DNA from: an uncultured Candidatus Saccharibacteria bacterium
GTDB lineage: Bacteria > Patescibacteriota > Minisyncoccia > Phycocordibacterales > SBAW01
Direction of reading: 5' to 3'
DNA length: 39,168 nucleotides
NCBI GenBank assembly: GCA_964363205.1
Contig: CAYIHD010000003.1
Span: 1-39,168 of the forward strand
The stretch's first letter is position 1; each line of letters opens with the position of its first letter. Both the position numbers and the translations under genes were made by a program. The notes below the pieces were generated by a model that was not told the origin of the DNA, made no database searches, and saw only the letters and a program-made list of their open reading frames with translations. Shown one piece after another: positions 19,043 to 26,655 of the stretch.

Positions 19043-19810
19043 ATGAAAATCAGTTTTGTTATACCCGCCCACAACGAGGAAAAAATGATAAAGGCCTGCC
19101 TCGCCTCTGTTTTTAAAGAAATCACCCGAAGCAAGGAAGGTCGGACCTTCCTAGTTCCGTTTGAGAGTGAGGTGGTGGTGGTTGATAACGCCTCGACCGA
19201 CCGCACGCGCGAGGAGGCGCTCAAGTTCCCGGATGTCACGGTGGTGCGCGAGAACCTCAAGGGCCTGGTCTACGCGCGTCGCGCCGGCTGGGTCGCGACG
19301 AGCGGCGATATTGTCGCCAACATCGATGCCGACACTATTGTTCCGAAGGGCTGGTTATCAACGGTTGTGGGCGAGTTTGCCAAAGACAAAAACCTCGTCG
19401 CGCTCTCGGGGCCCTACATTTATTACGATATTTCCGCATTTGAGCGCGCGCTGGTAAAAGCGTTTTACTTTTTTGGCTGGCTTATACACCTTTTTAACCA
19501 CTTTGTGCTCAACAAGGGCGCTATGCTGCAGGGCGGCAACTTTGTTCTGCGCCGCGACGCGTGGGAGCGCGCCGGCGGTTTTGACACGACCATCACGTTT
19601 TATGGCGAGGATACCGATGTCGCGCGACGCATAAGCAAGCAGGGCAAAGTGCTCTGGATGTGGGGCTTGCCCATGTATACCTCCGGCCGGCGCTTACACA
19701 AAGAAGGAGTACTAAAGACCGGCTTTACGTACGCGCTCAACTTCTTTTTTATCAGTATGACCGGCAGGCCGGCGACAAAAGAGTATTCGGATATTAGAAT
19801 AGACGCATGA
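19043..19810 (+). CDS. Glycosyltransferase family 2
   Basis: SFVIPAHNEE, VVDNASTD, NIDAD, GEDTD and TSGRR. Confidence 0.9.
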   Translation: MKISFVIPAHNEEKMIKACLASVFKEITRSKEGRTFLVPFESEVVVVDNASTDRTREEALKFPDVTVVRENLKGLVYARRAGWVATSGDIVANIDADTIVPKGWLSTVVGEFAKDKNLVALSGPYIYYDISAFERALVKAFYFFGWLIHLFNHFVLNKGAMLQGGNFVLRRDAWERAGGFDTTITFYGEDTDVARRISKQGKVLWMWGLPMYTSGRRLHKEGVLKTGFTYALNFFFISMTGRPATKEYSDIRIDA

Positions 19811-20280
19811 CCGCGCTCATAATCTTTGGGGCAAAGTATCTGGTTGCACTCGTCATGCTTGGTGGCGCCGTAACCCTGAGTTTTGCAGGAGAGAGGAGGC
19901 GGCGGCTTACGTACCTACTTGCCATCGCGCTCCCTCTTGGCTACGCGCTTGCGCGGCTGGCGGGGCTGTTCTTCCAGCATAACCAACCGTTTGCCGTAGA
20001 GGGCTTTGAGCCGCTCCTGCCGCACGCTGTGGACAACGCTTTTCCTTCCGACCATGTTGCCATTGCCGGCGTCTTTGCCTCGGTGGCGTTTCTTGCCGAC
20101 CGCAGGGTGGGCCTTGTGCTATGGGCGTCTGCGCTCCTGGTCGGCCTTGCCCGCATGCTTGCGGGGCTGCATTACGGGGTAGATGTGCTTGCCGCCGCCG
20201 TTTTGGCGCTTGCGGCTGTGTGGGTTGCCCGTCTCGTACTCACCAGGCTAGCCCCAGGGGTGGGTACTGGACAGTCCTAG
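19807..20280 (+). CDS. PAP2 phosphatase (undecaprenyl-diphosphatase BcrC-like)
   Basis: FPSDH and ARMLAGLHYGVDV motifs. ATGA overlap with the GT2 gene. Confidence 0.82.
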   Translation: MTALIIFGAKYLVALVMLGGAVTLSFAGERRRRLTYLLAIALPLGYALARLAGLFFQHNQPFAVEGFEPLLPHAVDNAFPSDHVAIAGVFASVAFLADRRVGLVLWASALLVGLARMLAGLHYGVDVLAAAVLALAAVWVARLVLTRLAPGVGTGQS

Positions 20281-20334
20281 GATGGGGTATACTATTCGGA
20301 GGGTAATTTATTAATATTTACTTTTAAACTTTGT

Positions 20335-20592
20335 ATGGTAAGAACAGCAAATCCGGCGCTTCTCAAGCCGCTCAATCTCTCTGCGGAGCTTGAAGCGGTC
20401 GTCGGCAAGGGTCCGATGTCGCGCGGGCAAGTGGTTAAGCAGATCTGGGTGTATATCAAAAAGCATAATCTGCAGAATCCACAGAACAAGCGCAACATTT
20501 TGGCGGATGCCAAGCTGAAGCCGCTCTTCGGCGGCAAGGGCGAGGTAACGATGTTCGAGATGACGAAGCTCGTCTCGGCGCACATGAAGTAA
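20335..20592 (+). CDS. Stand-alone SWIB/MDM2 domain protein
   Basis: LSAELEAVVG..PMSRGQVVKQIWVYIKKHNLQNPQNKRNILADAKLKPLFG..VTMFEMTKLVSAH. Confidence 0.9.
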   Translation: MVRTANPALLKPLNLSAELEAVVGKGPMSRGQVVKQIWVYIKKHNLQNPQNKRNILADAKLKPLFGGKGEVTMFEMTKLVSAHMK

Positions 20593-20611
20593 GCTAAGGC
20601 TCCCAAAGAAT

Positions 20612-20644
20612 AAAAAAGGCCCCGGAATAAATCCCGGGGCCTTT
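20612..20644. terminator. Bidirectional intrinsic terminator
   Basis: aaaaaaggccccgg...ccggggccttt between convergent genes. Confidence 0.75.
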
Positions 20645-20668
20645 GCAGTTGCCGGCGTGTGCCGGCTA

Positions 20669-21430
20669 CTAGAAGTGATAGTTGATGCCGAACGTTACCG
20701 CGTGGTCCTTGTCGATACCGCGTTTCGCCACCGAGTATGAGTCGGTAGTCGATTCCATCGCGTACGACGTGTACAGGTATTGCACGCGAGCCGACCAGTG
20801 CTTGTTGAGCTTGGCGGCAACGCCGCCGCCGATCGTGCCGCCCAGCTGAGCGGACTTGCGCTGGGTGCCGTAGGTGTAGGTGGAACCCCAGTAGCTCGAG
20901 TTGGTCGTGTTCGACTCGGTTGTCCGCACGTAGGCGAGACCGCCCGTGAGGTACGGCATGATGCCGTTCCAGTCGTAACCGACCACCGCCCGGGTGCTGC
21001 CCCAGAAGTCCTTCTTGACTTCGTGGTCAGTGATGGAGCTGTAGCCCCACCAGCAACCGGCGCAGTTGTCCACGGAGCGGCTGCCTTTGCCGCCACCGAG
21101 GTAGAGGTCCGTCTCGGCGCCGATAACGATGCCGTTGCGGAATTGGTGCAGGTAGCCGAGCTGGCCGCCATAGGACAGCCCCTTGCCGCTCATTGAGCTC
21201 GAGTCGGAATAGTAGTCCGACGTGTAGCTCTCAGTGTGGTTGAAGCGGTTGTGGCCGATACTGCCGCCGACATAGAACCCGGTCCAGTTGTAAGGCTGAA
21301 CGCTGTCGACCAGCCGGTCCATCTGCACGCGCTGGCGCGCCGGATAGGTGTCGGCAGCCTTTGCAGTATTCGCATAGGACATCAGGACGATGGCCGCAGC
21401 GGCCGCAGCCGCCAAGGTAATACGATGCAT
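20669..21430 (-). CDS. Outer-membrane beta-barrel protein, Omp25/RopB-like
   Basis: Signal peptide ending AKA|AD, YNWTGFYVGG, GGQLGY..Q..GIVIGAETD, PYLTGGLAY, GGG....WSARVQYLY and C-terminal INYHF. GGAG SD before ATG 21430. Promoter TTGACA(21509)-N17-TAGCAT. Confidence 0.82.
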   Translation of the reverse strand: MHRITLAAAAAAAIVLMSYANTAKAADTYPARQRVQMDRLVDSVQPYNWTGFYVGGSIGHNRFNHTESYTSDYYSDSSSMSGKGLSYGGQLGYLHQFRNGIVIGAETDLYLGGGKGSRSVDNCAGCWWGYSSITDHEVKKDFWGSTRAVVGYDWNGIMPYLTGGLAYVRTTESNTTNSSYWGSTYTYGTQRKSAQLGGTIGGGVAAKLNKHWSARVQYLYTSYAMESTTDSYSVAKRGIDKDHAVTFGINYHF

Positions 21431-21625
21431 TGTTTTGCTCCGTGAACGGGCCAGGCGGGGTGCCATAGCCTCTACCCCCTATGCTAGCATACTATAAATT
21501 GCTTGTCAAGTGGCACGGGACACCCCACAATTTAGGCTAAATCTACAAAATAGGGTACTGTTTTTATGATATGTTCTTCTAAAAAACGTGTTCTACCGTA
21601 AGTAACCAGACAACAAGGAGGCCAC

Positions 21626-23110
21626 ATGGCCCGTTTTGATCAAAGCAACGCTCAACGCAAAGTTATCGAACATCCGAATGCAAACGGCAAGAAGCTGATT
21701 GTCCCCGACACCAGCGTCCTGTTGCACGACCCGCAGTCGCTGCTCAGCTTTCAGGACAACGATGTCTATTTGGTCCGGCCCGTGCTCGCTCAGCTCGACC
21801 GGCACAAGAAAGGCCAGTCCGACGTGGCGCGCAATGCCCGGCAAGTGACGCGGATGCTCGACACTATCTTCAAGGGCGAAAAGAATCTCTTAGAATACGG
21901 CGCATCGATGGCGGAGGCGTCCGGCGGTTCGGCCACCGGCAAGCTTTTCTTTCAGATGGAGTCTTTGAGCTTTCATCTGCCTAAAGACTTGCTTGACGAC
22001 GAGGCCGACCGGCGCATCATCCAGGCCGCCTGCCGGCTTCGCGAGAAACGGAAGGAATATACAAAGGTTGTTCTCGTCACCAAAGACGCGAACATGCGCT
22101 ATGCGGCGCTCGGCGTCAACGGCAACATCGCGGCCGAAGACTATCTCAACGACAAGGTCCTGCTCAAGGACTCGGATGTGCTCCCGAAGGGCTACCACAC
22201 GATACTCAAAGATTTTTGGGAATCTGTCGAAGTAGTCGATTCGGGTAAGAAGGACCATCACGACTTTTGGCGGGTCCGCGGACCACTGTGCCAAGAGTTG
22301 GTGGTCAATGAATGCGTCCACACGAAGGATACAAAAGGCGCGGACCTCTTTGTCCGGGTGCGGGAGCACACGGGCGTGGAAATGGTCCTCGAGCGGATTA
22401 CCGACTACCGTCTCGCTACGCATTCGGTATTTGGAATCACCGCTCGCAACATTCAGCAATGTTTCGCCTTTAGTCACCTGATGAACTCCGAGATCGACCT
22501 TGTCGTATTACTCGGAGATGCCGGCACGGGTAAGTCACTGCTGGCGCTTGCGGCCGGGTTTACTCATTTGCCCGGCAACGATCGTCATCACCATCTGGCC
22601 GGCGGCACCAGGGATATCTCCGAAATCATCATGACGCGTGCCATGGTGCCCGTGGGCGGCGAAGAAATCGGTTTCCTGCCCGGCACGGTCGACGAAAAGT
22701 TCGGACCGTGGATGAACTCTCTGGAAGACACCCGGGAGGCGCTGTCCGACAATGCCACAAAGCACGGCCTCTGGGATGATGTGGCAAAGGAGAAGCAGTG
22801 TAAGGCGATAAAATTCCAGCCTATCAGCTTGACTGCCGGCCGTACGTTCGCCAACAAGTTCGTCATCGTCGACGAGGCACAAAACTTGACGCCGACCCAA
22901 GCAAAGATGCTCGTCACTCGCGCCGGGAACGGAGCCAAGTTTGTCGTCTGCGGCAATCTCTCGCAGATCGACACGCCGTTCCTCGACGAGAAGAGCTCGG
23001 GGCTTGCGTATCTGGTGATGCGCATGAAGGGGCGTGAGCATATTGCCCACGTCATCCTCGAGGAGTGCGTGCGCTCGCGGCTTGCGGCGCTCGGGGTCCA
23101 ACTGCTCTAA
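21626..23110 (+). CDS. PIN-domain PhoH family ATPase (PhoH2-like)
   Basis: PDTSVLLHDP PIN start, LVTKDANMR, GDAGTGKS Walker A, IGFLPG, GRTF, DEAQN and GNLSQID. AAGGAGG SD. Confidence 0.9.
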   Translation: MARFDQSNAQRKVIEHPNANGKKLIVPDTSVLLHDPQSLLSFQDNDVYLVRPVLAQLDRHKKGQSDVARNARQVTRMLDTIFKGEKNLLEYGASMAEASGGSATGKLFFQMESLSFHLPKDLLDDEADRRIIQAACRLREKRKEYTKVVLVTKDANMRYAALGVNGNIAAEDYLNDKVLLKDSDVLPKGYHTILKDFWESVEVVDSGKKDHHDFWRVRGPLCQELVVNECVHTKDTKGADLFVRVREHTGVEMVLERITDYRLATHSVFGITARNIQQCFAFSHLMNSEIDLVVLLGDAGTGKSLLALAAGFTHLPGNDRHHHLAGGTRDISEIIMTRAMVPVGGEEIGFLPGTVDEKFGPWMNSLEDTREALSDNATKHGLWDDVAKEKQCKAIKFQPISLTAGRTFANKFVIVDEAQNLTPTQAKMLVTRAGNGAKFVVCGNLSQIDTPFLDEKSSGLAYLVMRMKGREHIAHVILEECVRSRLAALGVQLL

Positions 23111-23119
23111 GTATCTACC

Positions 23120-23147
23120 GCCGCCCGTAAAACCGGGCGGCTTTTTT
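23120..23147 (+). terminator. Intrinsic terminator
   Basis: gccgcccg-taaaac-cgggcggc-tttttt. Confidence 0.85.
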
Positions 23148-23197
23148 ATGTACGCCGCTCATAAAAAACACATGCCCGGTGTGACACCCTTAGTTGC

Positions 23198-23350
23198 ATG
23201 AGCAAAGAAACTACTAAAAAATCGTGGGATATATCAAAAATTACCCGTGATGCCGTGGTAACAACCGCCGAGCGCGCGCGGATACTGCAGGACAAAACAG
23301 CCGCGGAGCTAAAGAAGGCCGCGGAGCTCGTTAAGCAGAAACTTTCATGA
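23198..23350 (+). CDS. Small hypothetical protein (50 aa)
   Basis: MSKETTKKSWDISKITRDAVVTTAERARILQDKTAAELKKAAELVKQKLS, helical composition, fills the intergenic gap. Confidence 0.5.
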   Translation: MSKETTKKSWDISKITRDAVVTTAERARILQDKTAAELKKAAELVKQKLS

Positions 23351-23418
23351 AAAATTCATAGTAGGTGTGCCACTATTATTCGGTATTCGGGGATATTAGT
23401 TAATTTAAAATAAACTCT

Positions 23419-23523
23419 ATGGAAGAAACAAAACCGGTGACAGCCACCTGCACCTCTTGCAATCACGAACATAAGGAGGCCGACGGCTCGTGCTCGTGCG
23501 GATGTAAGGAGGCTAAAAAATAA
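23419..23523 (+). CDS. Cys/His-rich micro-protein (34 aa), metallothionein-like
   Basis: MEETKPVTATCTSCNHEHKEADGSCSCGCKEAKK. Stop codon is 1 nt before the next ATG. Confidence 0.6.
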   Translation: MEETKPVTATCTSCNHEHKEADGSCSCGCKEAKK

Positions 23524-23524
23524 T

Positions 23525-23722
23525 ATGGCTGACACTATTGTAAATACGCCTTCGGGCAACGACAGCGGGGCGGGAGGCTGGGCAGTCGCTATTATTATTC
23601 TGCTCGTAGTTATCGTCGGCGGCTTCGTGTGGTACCGGTATTATCGGGCTCCGGCAGCCGCTCCGGCCGCCAACATCAACGTCACTATCCCTGCCGTGCC
23701 TACAGGCAATCCTGCTCCGTAA
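23525..23722 (+). CDS. Small single-TM protein
   Basis: GWAVAIIILLVVIVGGFVWY TM helix followed by a Pro/Ala-rich tail. Confidence 0.75.
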   Translation: MADTIVNTPSGNDSGAGGWAVAIIILLVVIVGGFVWYRYYRAPAAAPAANINVTIPAVPTGNPAP

Positions 23723-23743
23723 AAAGGTAGTTCCATAGGTATA

Positions 23744-23775
23744 AAAAAGCCGCCCGGTTGTCCGGGCGGCTTTTT
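23744..23775. terminator. Bidirectional intrinsic terminator
   Basis: aaaaagccgcccgg-ttgt-ccgggcggcttttt. Confidence 0.85.
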
Positions 23776-23789
23776 GTCGGGCGATGCCC

Positions 23790-24089
23790 TCAAGTCTTAA
23801 CCCACTTTCCATCGATGAACTTAGCAGCTGAGGAGCCGCCAATAGGATTTCCTTCCTTATCAAGAAAAACCTCGTCGATGTGGGTTTCCTCCGCAGACCC
23901 TTCGGGGTATGACCCCTTTCGCTTGTAGGAATACTCGGTGATGCCACCGTCGGCATCGCGCCTCTGGACCTCCCAGAGATAGACACCAAGAGGGTCTTCT
24001 AATTTTCGCGTCTCGACGAACTTGTCGGTGCCGAGAAAATTTTTAAGAGCCGCCCATATTTCATCCTGAGTTGGGAACTCGTCAACCAT
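23790..24089 (-). CDS. Hypothetical protein
   Basis: MVDEFPTQDEIW... with a GGAG SD before ATG 24089. Ends at the bidirectional terminator. Confidence 0.65.
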   Translation of the reverse strand: MVDEFPTQDEIWAALKNFLGTDKFVETRKLEDPLGVYLWEVQRRDADGGITEYSYKRKGSYPEGSAEETHIDEVFLDKEGNPIGGSSAAKFIDGKWVKT

Positions 24090-24150
24090 TTTTGTCTCCA
24101 GGGTGCTAAATAGCTTTCCGCGCATATTATAGCACACTATGTAAAAGCTG

Positions 24151-24176
24151 TCTGCTCCGCAGTCGGGGCTCGAACT
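24151..24176 (-). repeat. Degenerate tRNA 3'-end copy (att-like site A)
   Basis: Minus strand cagttcgagccccgactgcggagcaga versus tRNA ggttcgagtcctggccgcggagca. Confidence 0.6.
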
Positions 24177-24180
24177 GGGT

Positions 24181-24348
24181 TTAGTCAGAATGTTTATTTT
24201 TGCTCTTTATTACACCCACAATACCGGCAACAATCGCGAGGAGTCCGAGCAGTTGCCCTCCGGGACTATCATCAATTTCACCATATACAAACATACAAGC
24301 CCCGAATAGTATTGCGAGAATGGAGCATAGTATTCTCTTTTTATTCAT
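24181..24348 (-). CDS. Small two-TM protein (55 aa)
   Basis: MNKKRILCSILAILFGACMFVYGEIDDSPGGQLLGLLAIVAGIVGVIKSKNKHSD. Stop codon lies a few nt before att-like site A. Confidence 0.7.
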   Translation of the reverse strand: MNKKRILCSILAILFGACMFVYGEIDDSPGGQLLGLLAIVAGIVGVIKSKNKHSD

Positions 24349-24371
24349 ATAGGAATCTGTTTGACTCTATA

Positions 24372-24665
24372 CTAGAGCTGAAAATAGAAAACAGGAAAAC
24401 ACGCCGCGAGTATGGCGAAAATCTGAACCATCAGAACAAGAAGAGCCTGCTTGGGCGCCCGCGGCAGCCATGTAACCGCAAAAAACGCCACCATTAATAC
24501 TTCTAAAAATAACCAAAGCTGAAAGAGGTGCGCGGCTGTTCCTTCGTCCTCCGGTTGAGCGGCAGGAACGCCCGCTATCGCAATAGACGCGAGGATCATC
24601 GCCAAAGCTGCAAGCGACAGCGTCACCGGAAGCCAGGCGCTCGGGTGTTTCAGTATTGACTTCAT
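24372..24665 (-). CDS. Small three-TM membrane protein
   Basis: KHPSAWLP...EDEGTAAHLFQL, three hydrophobic segments. Confidence 0.75.
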   Translation of the reverse strand: MKSILKHPSAWLPVTLSLAALAMILASIAIAGVPAAQPEDEGTAAHLFQLWLFLEVLMVAFFAVTWLPRAPKQALLVLMVQIFAILAACFPVFYFQL

Positions 24666-24716
24666 ACGGGTATATAACACGCAAAATGAGTTAATAGTTT
24701 TGCGCGGCGTCTTTAT

Positions 24717-24732
24717 GACGAAGTTCGAACCT
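24717..24732 (-). repeat. 16-bp T-loop-like repeat (site B), inverted relative to 25407-25422
   Basis: gacgaagttcgaacct is the exact reverse complement of aggttcgaacttcgtc. Confidence 0.75.
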
Positions 24733-24808
24733 ATAATTTAAAAATACCGGCTTCGATTTCGATATGACAATCTGACCAAAATTAGGTATAGTTTTTAGGT
24801 TCGTACAT

Positions 24809-25067
24809 TCCGCGGTAGCTCAATGGTAGAGCAGCTCCCTGTCGATAGGCAGCCTCCCGGAGGAATCCGGGTTGCAAATTTCGGGATATCGGTGAACCCC
24901 CACTCCGCAAGGAAGGGCAATACCGAGGGAACCTCGCAAATGGTGCGAGGGCGCCGTAGAGACTAGATACCGAAACGCCGAGAACCGGCGATGATATAGT
25001 CCACGCCCGCAGTAATGCGGGATTACGTGTAAGGAGTTGGTTCCAGGTTCGAGTCCTGGCCGCGGAG
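24809..25067 (+). tRNA. tRNA-Asn(GUU), split by an intron (exons 24809-24842 and 25030-25067)
   Basis: Acceptor TCCGCGG/CCGCGGA with discriminator G, D arm TAGCTCAATGGTAGAGC, anticodon stem GCTCC/GGAGT with spliced loop CTGT+TAA, T arm CCAGG-TTCGAGT-CCTGG. CCA is not encoded. Confidence 0.9.
24843..25029 (+). ncRNA. Group I self-splicing intron (187 nt, no ORF) in the anticodon at position 35/36
   Basis: P1 CUGU/GCAG with U-G at the splice site, P3 tttcgg/ccgaaa, R gtagagactag, S gatatagtcc, P9 cccgca/tgcggg, terminal G. Confidence 0.88.
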
Positions 25068-25070
25068 CAA

Positions 25071-25396
25071 ATGAAAAACGTAGAAGAAAAATCGTATTTG
25101 CGCGGAGACAGCAAAATAAGCGAGTTTCCAGAAAAATATAATCGTTTAGTAAAGACTGTGAGTCGATTAACTACCGCTGTCTTAATCCTTGGATTAACAG
25201 TCCTTATGCTAGAGATTAGGATATTTTATCCCGAACCCGTTTACAACTTTTTACTTTCTTAGGATTTAATTGGGGTCAACTAACGGAGGGGTACAAACTG
25301 CTCATCATTAGCATTCCTATAGCAATTTTTGTTGCTGTTACTTCACATATTGTTAACAAAATATATATCGATCCGTTGCTCACTAAAAAAGACTAG
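25071..25396 (+). pseudogene. Frameshifted membrane-protein gene
   Basis: ORF 25071-25262 continues in another frame as FLGFNWGQLTEGYKLLIISIPIAIFVAVTSHIVNKIYIDPLLTKKD (stop 25396). Adding one T in the run near 25248-25252 fuses them. Confidence 0.5.
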
Positions 25397-25406
25397 GTTG
25401 CCAAAC

Positions 25407-25437
25407 AGGTTCGAACTTCGTCCAGCAGGCGGAGCAG
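25407..25437 (+). repeat. Hybrid att-like site C
   Basis: aggttcgaacttcgtc (identical to site B) followed by cagcaggcggagcag, which ends like the tRNA 3' end gcggagca. Confidence 0.7.
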
Positions 25438-25915
25438 AAGTTTTTAGCTATATTTAACAACAGCTTTTTTCACTATGCTTTCATAGGTATCTTATAAACT
25501 GAATACGGACTCATTGTAGCGGTGTAGTCGAAACTTCGGTACTTAGGGAGGAATGCAGTGTGTCAGAAAAAATAATTATTCCGAAGCGGGAGAGTAACAA
25601 TTCTCTTGCGCCGGAGTCGTATTGGTACGCGGCTTCAAAAAGCGGAGTAGTTCCGGCTGAACTGAGAGAAGTAATGCCCCATCCAATGGCACTGAGGTGG
25701 CGCGGAAGTTCGAACGGTGGTTCTCAGGTATAAGGAGGAAGAAGTCCGGATAAGACCGGGCACAATGTTCTGGCCGTGCGAATCCATCAAGGCTCGCACG
25801 GCTTTTTATTTGAGAGAGGAGCAAAGGTTACTTAGCACTCATCACAATCACACAAGTGCCTGGATAGACTGTTCCCATATGAGTGAACAATCATCAGCGC
25901 CAGCCTACTAACTCG

Positions 25916-26554
25916 ATGCTTAGGGCAACTATTCTACTTGCAACTCTTAAACCCAAGTCGGGTAAAGTATTTTCTAATACAAAAGTGTTGTCCGAAATCT
26001 TGTGTGACGAGCTTGCTACACACGAGGTAAAAAGTGAGATAGTGCATCTGGCCGGGTACAAAATCCCCCCAGGCACTAAAAGCAATGTGGGGAAAGGGGA
26101 CGAATGGCCAAAAATCCTAGATAAAATAGTCCGCTCAGACATCATTATTTTTGCAACGCCCATTTGGTGGGGCGGGCACTCCTCGATCATGCAGCGGGTG
26201 ATGGAACGCCTCGATGAACTAAACGACGAGATGGTGGCAACCGGAAAGTCAGAACTATTAAACAAAGCAGGCGGTATGGTCATCACCGGTGGAGAAGACG
26301 GTGCGCAAAATGTCATAGCCAGCATTGCAAATTTTATGATCTGGAACGGCCTTACGTTGCCGCCCGCCTGCTCGCTGTCATACTTAGGGGGCCATAAAGC
26401 AAAAACGAAAGCAGGGTTAAAAAAAGAATTTATGCAGCAGTCTTACACCATGGGTATGGCAAAAACAATGGCTCGCAACTTGTCCTACATGGCGCAACTC
26501 CTAAAAGACCACCCGCTACCGGTGCAAGAAAAGAAAAGCCAGGCTCTGCGCTAA
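25916..26554 (+). CDS. Flavodoxin family NAD(P)H-dependent FMN reductase (WrbA-like)
   Basis: ATLK...SNTKVL, DEWPKILDKI..SDIIIFATPIWWG and ITGGEDGAQ. Confidence 0.85.
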   Translation: MLRATILLATLKPKSGKVFSNTKVLSEILCDELATHEVKSEIVHLAGYKIPPGTKSNVGKGDEWPKILDKIVRSDIIIFATPIWWGGHSSIMQRVMERLDELNDEMVATGKSELLNKAGGMVITGGEDGAQNVIASIANFMIWNGLTLPPACSLSYLGGHKAKTKAGLKKEFMQQSYTMGMAKTMARNLSYMAQLLKDHPLPVQEKKSQALR

Positions 26555-26557
26555 GCG

Positions 26558-26580
26558 GGTTCGAGTCCTGGCCGCGGAGC
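26558..26580 (+). repeat. Exact 23-bp duplicate of the tRNA-Asn 3' end (attR-like site D)
   Basis: ggttcgagtcctggccgcggagc, identical to 25046-25068. Confidence 0.9.
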
Positions 26581-26655
26581 TTGACAGGTTTTTTTGGGTG
26601 TGTTAACATGCCATCAGTCGCGGGCGTACCTATTTTCAACCGAAGGAGGCTCACC

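Noticed and set aside
24841..25034. Alternative splice giving tRNA-Thr(UGU) (CT|...G|TGTAA)
   Set aside because: U1-A72 with G73 are Asn identity features, and the P1 U-G pair (CUGU/GCAG) places the splice site after 24842.
25560..25911. Possible decayed gene (two short overlapping + frames)
   Set aside because: No recognisable motif and ambiguous frames, so it cannot be supported as a feature.
24151..26580. CRISPR array interpretation of the recurring GTTCGA repeats
   Set aside because: The repeats are tRNA-derived, hundreds of bp apart and separated by ORFs. No cas genes are present.
26558..26580. Second tRNA gene
   Set aside because: Only the 3' 23 nt are present. The upstream sequence is flavodoxin coding region.
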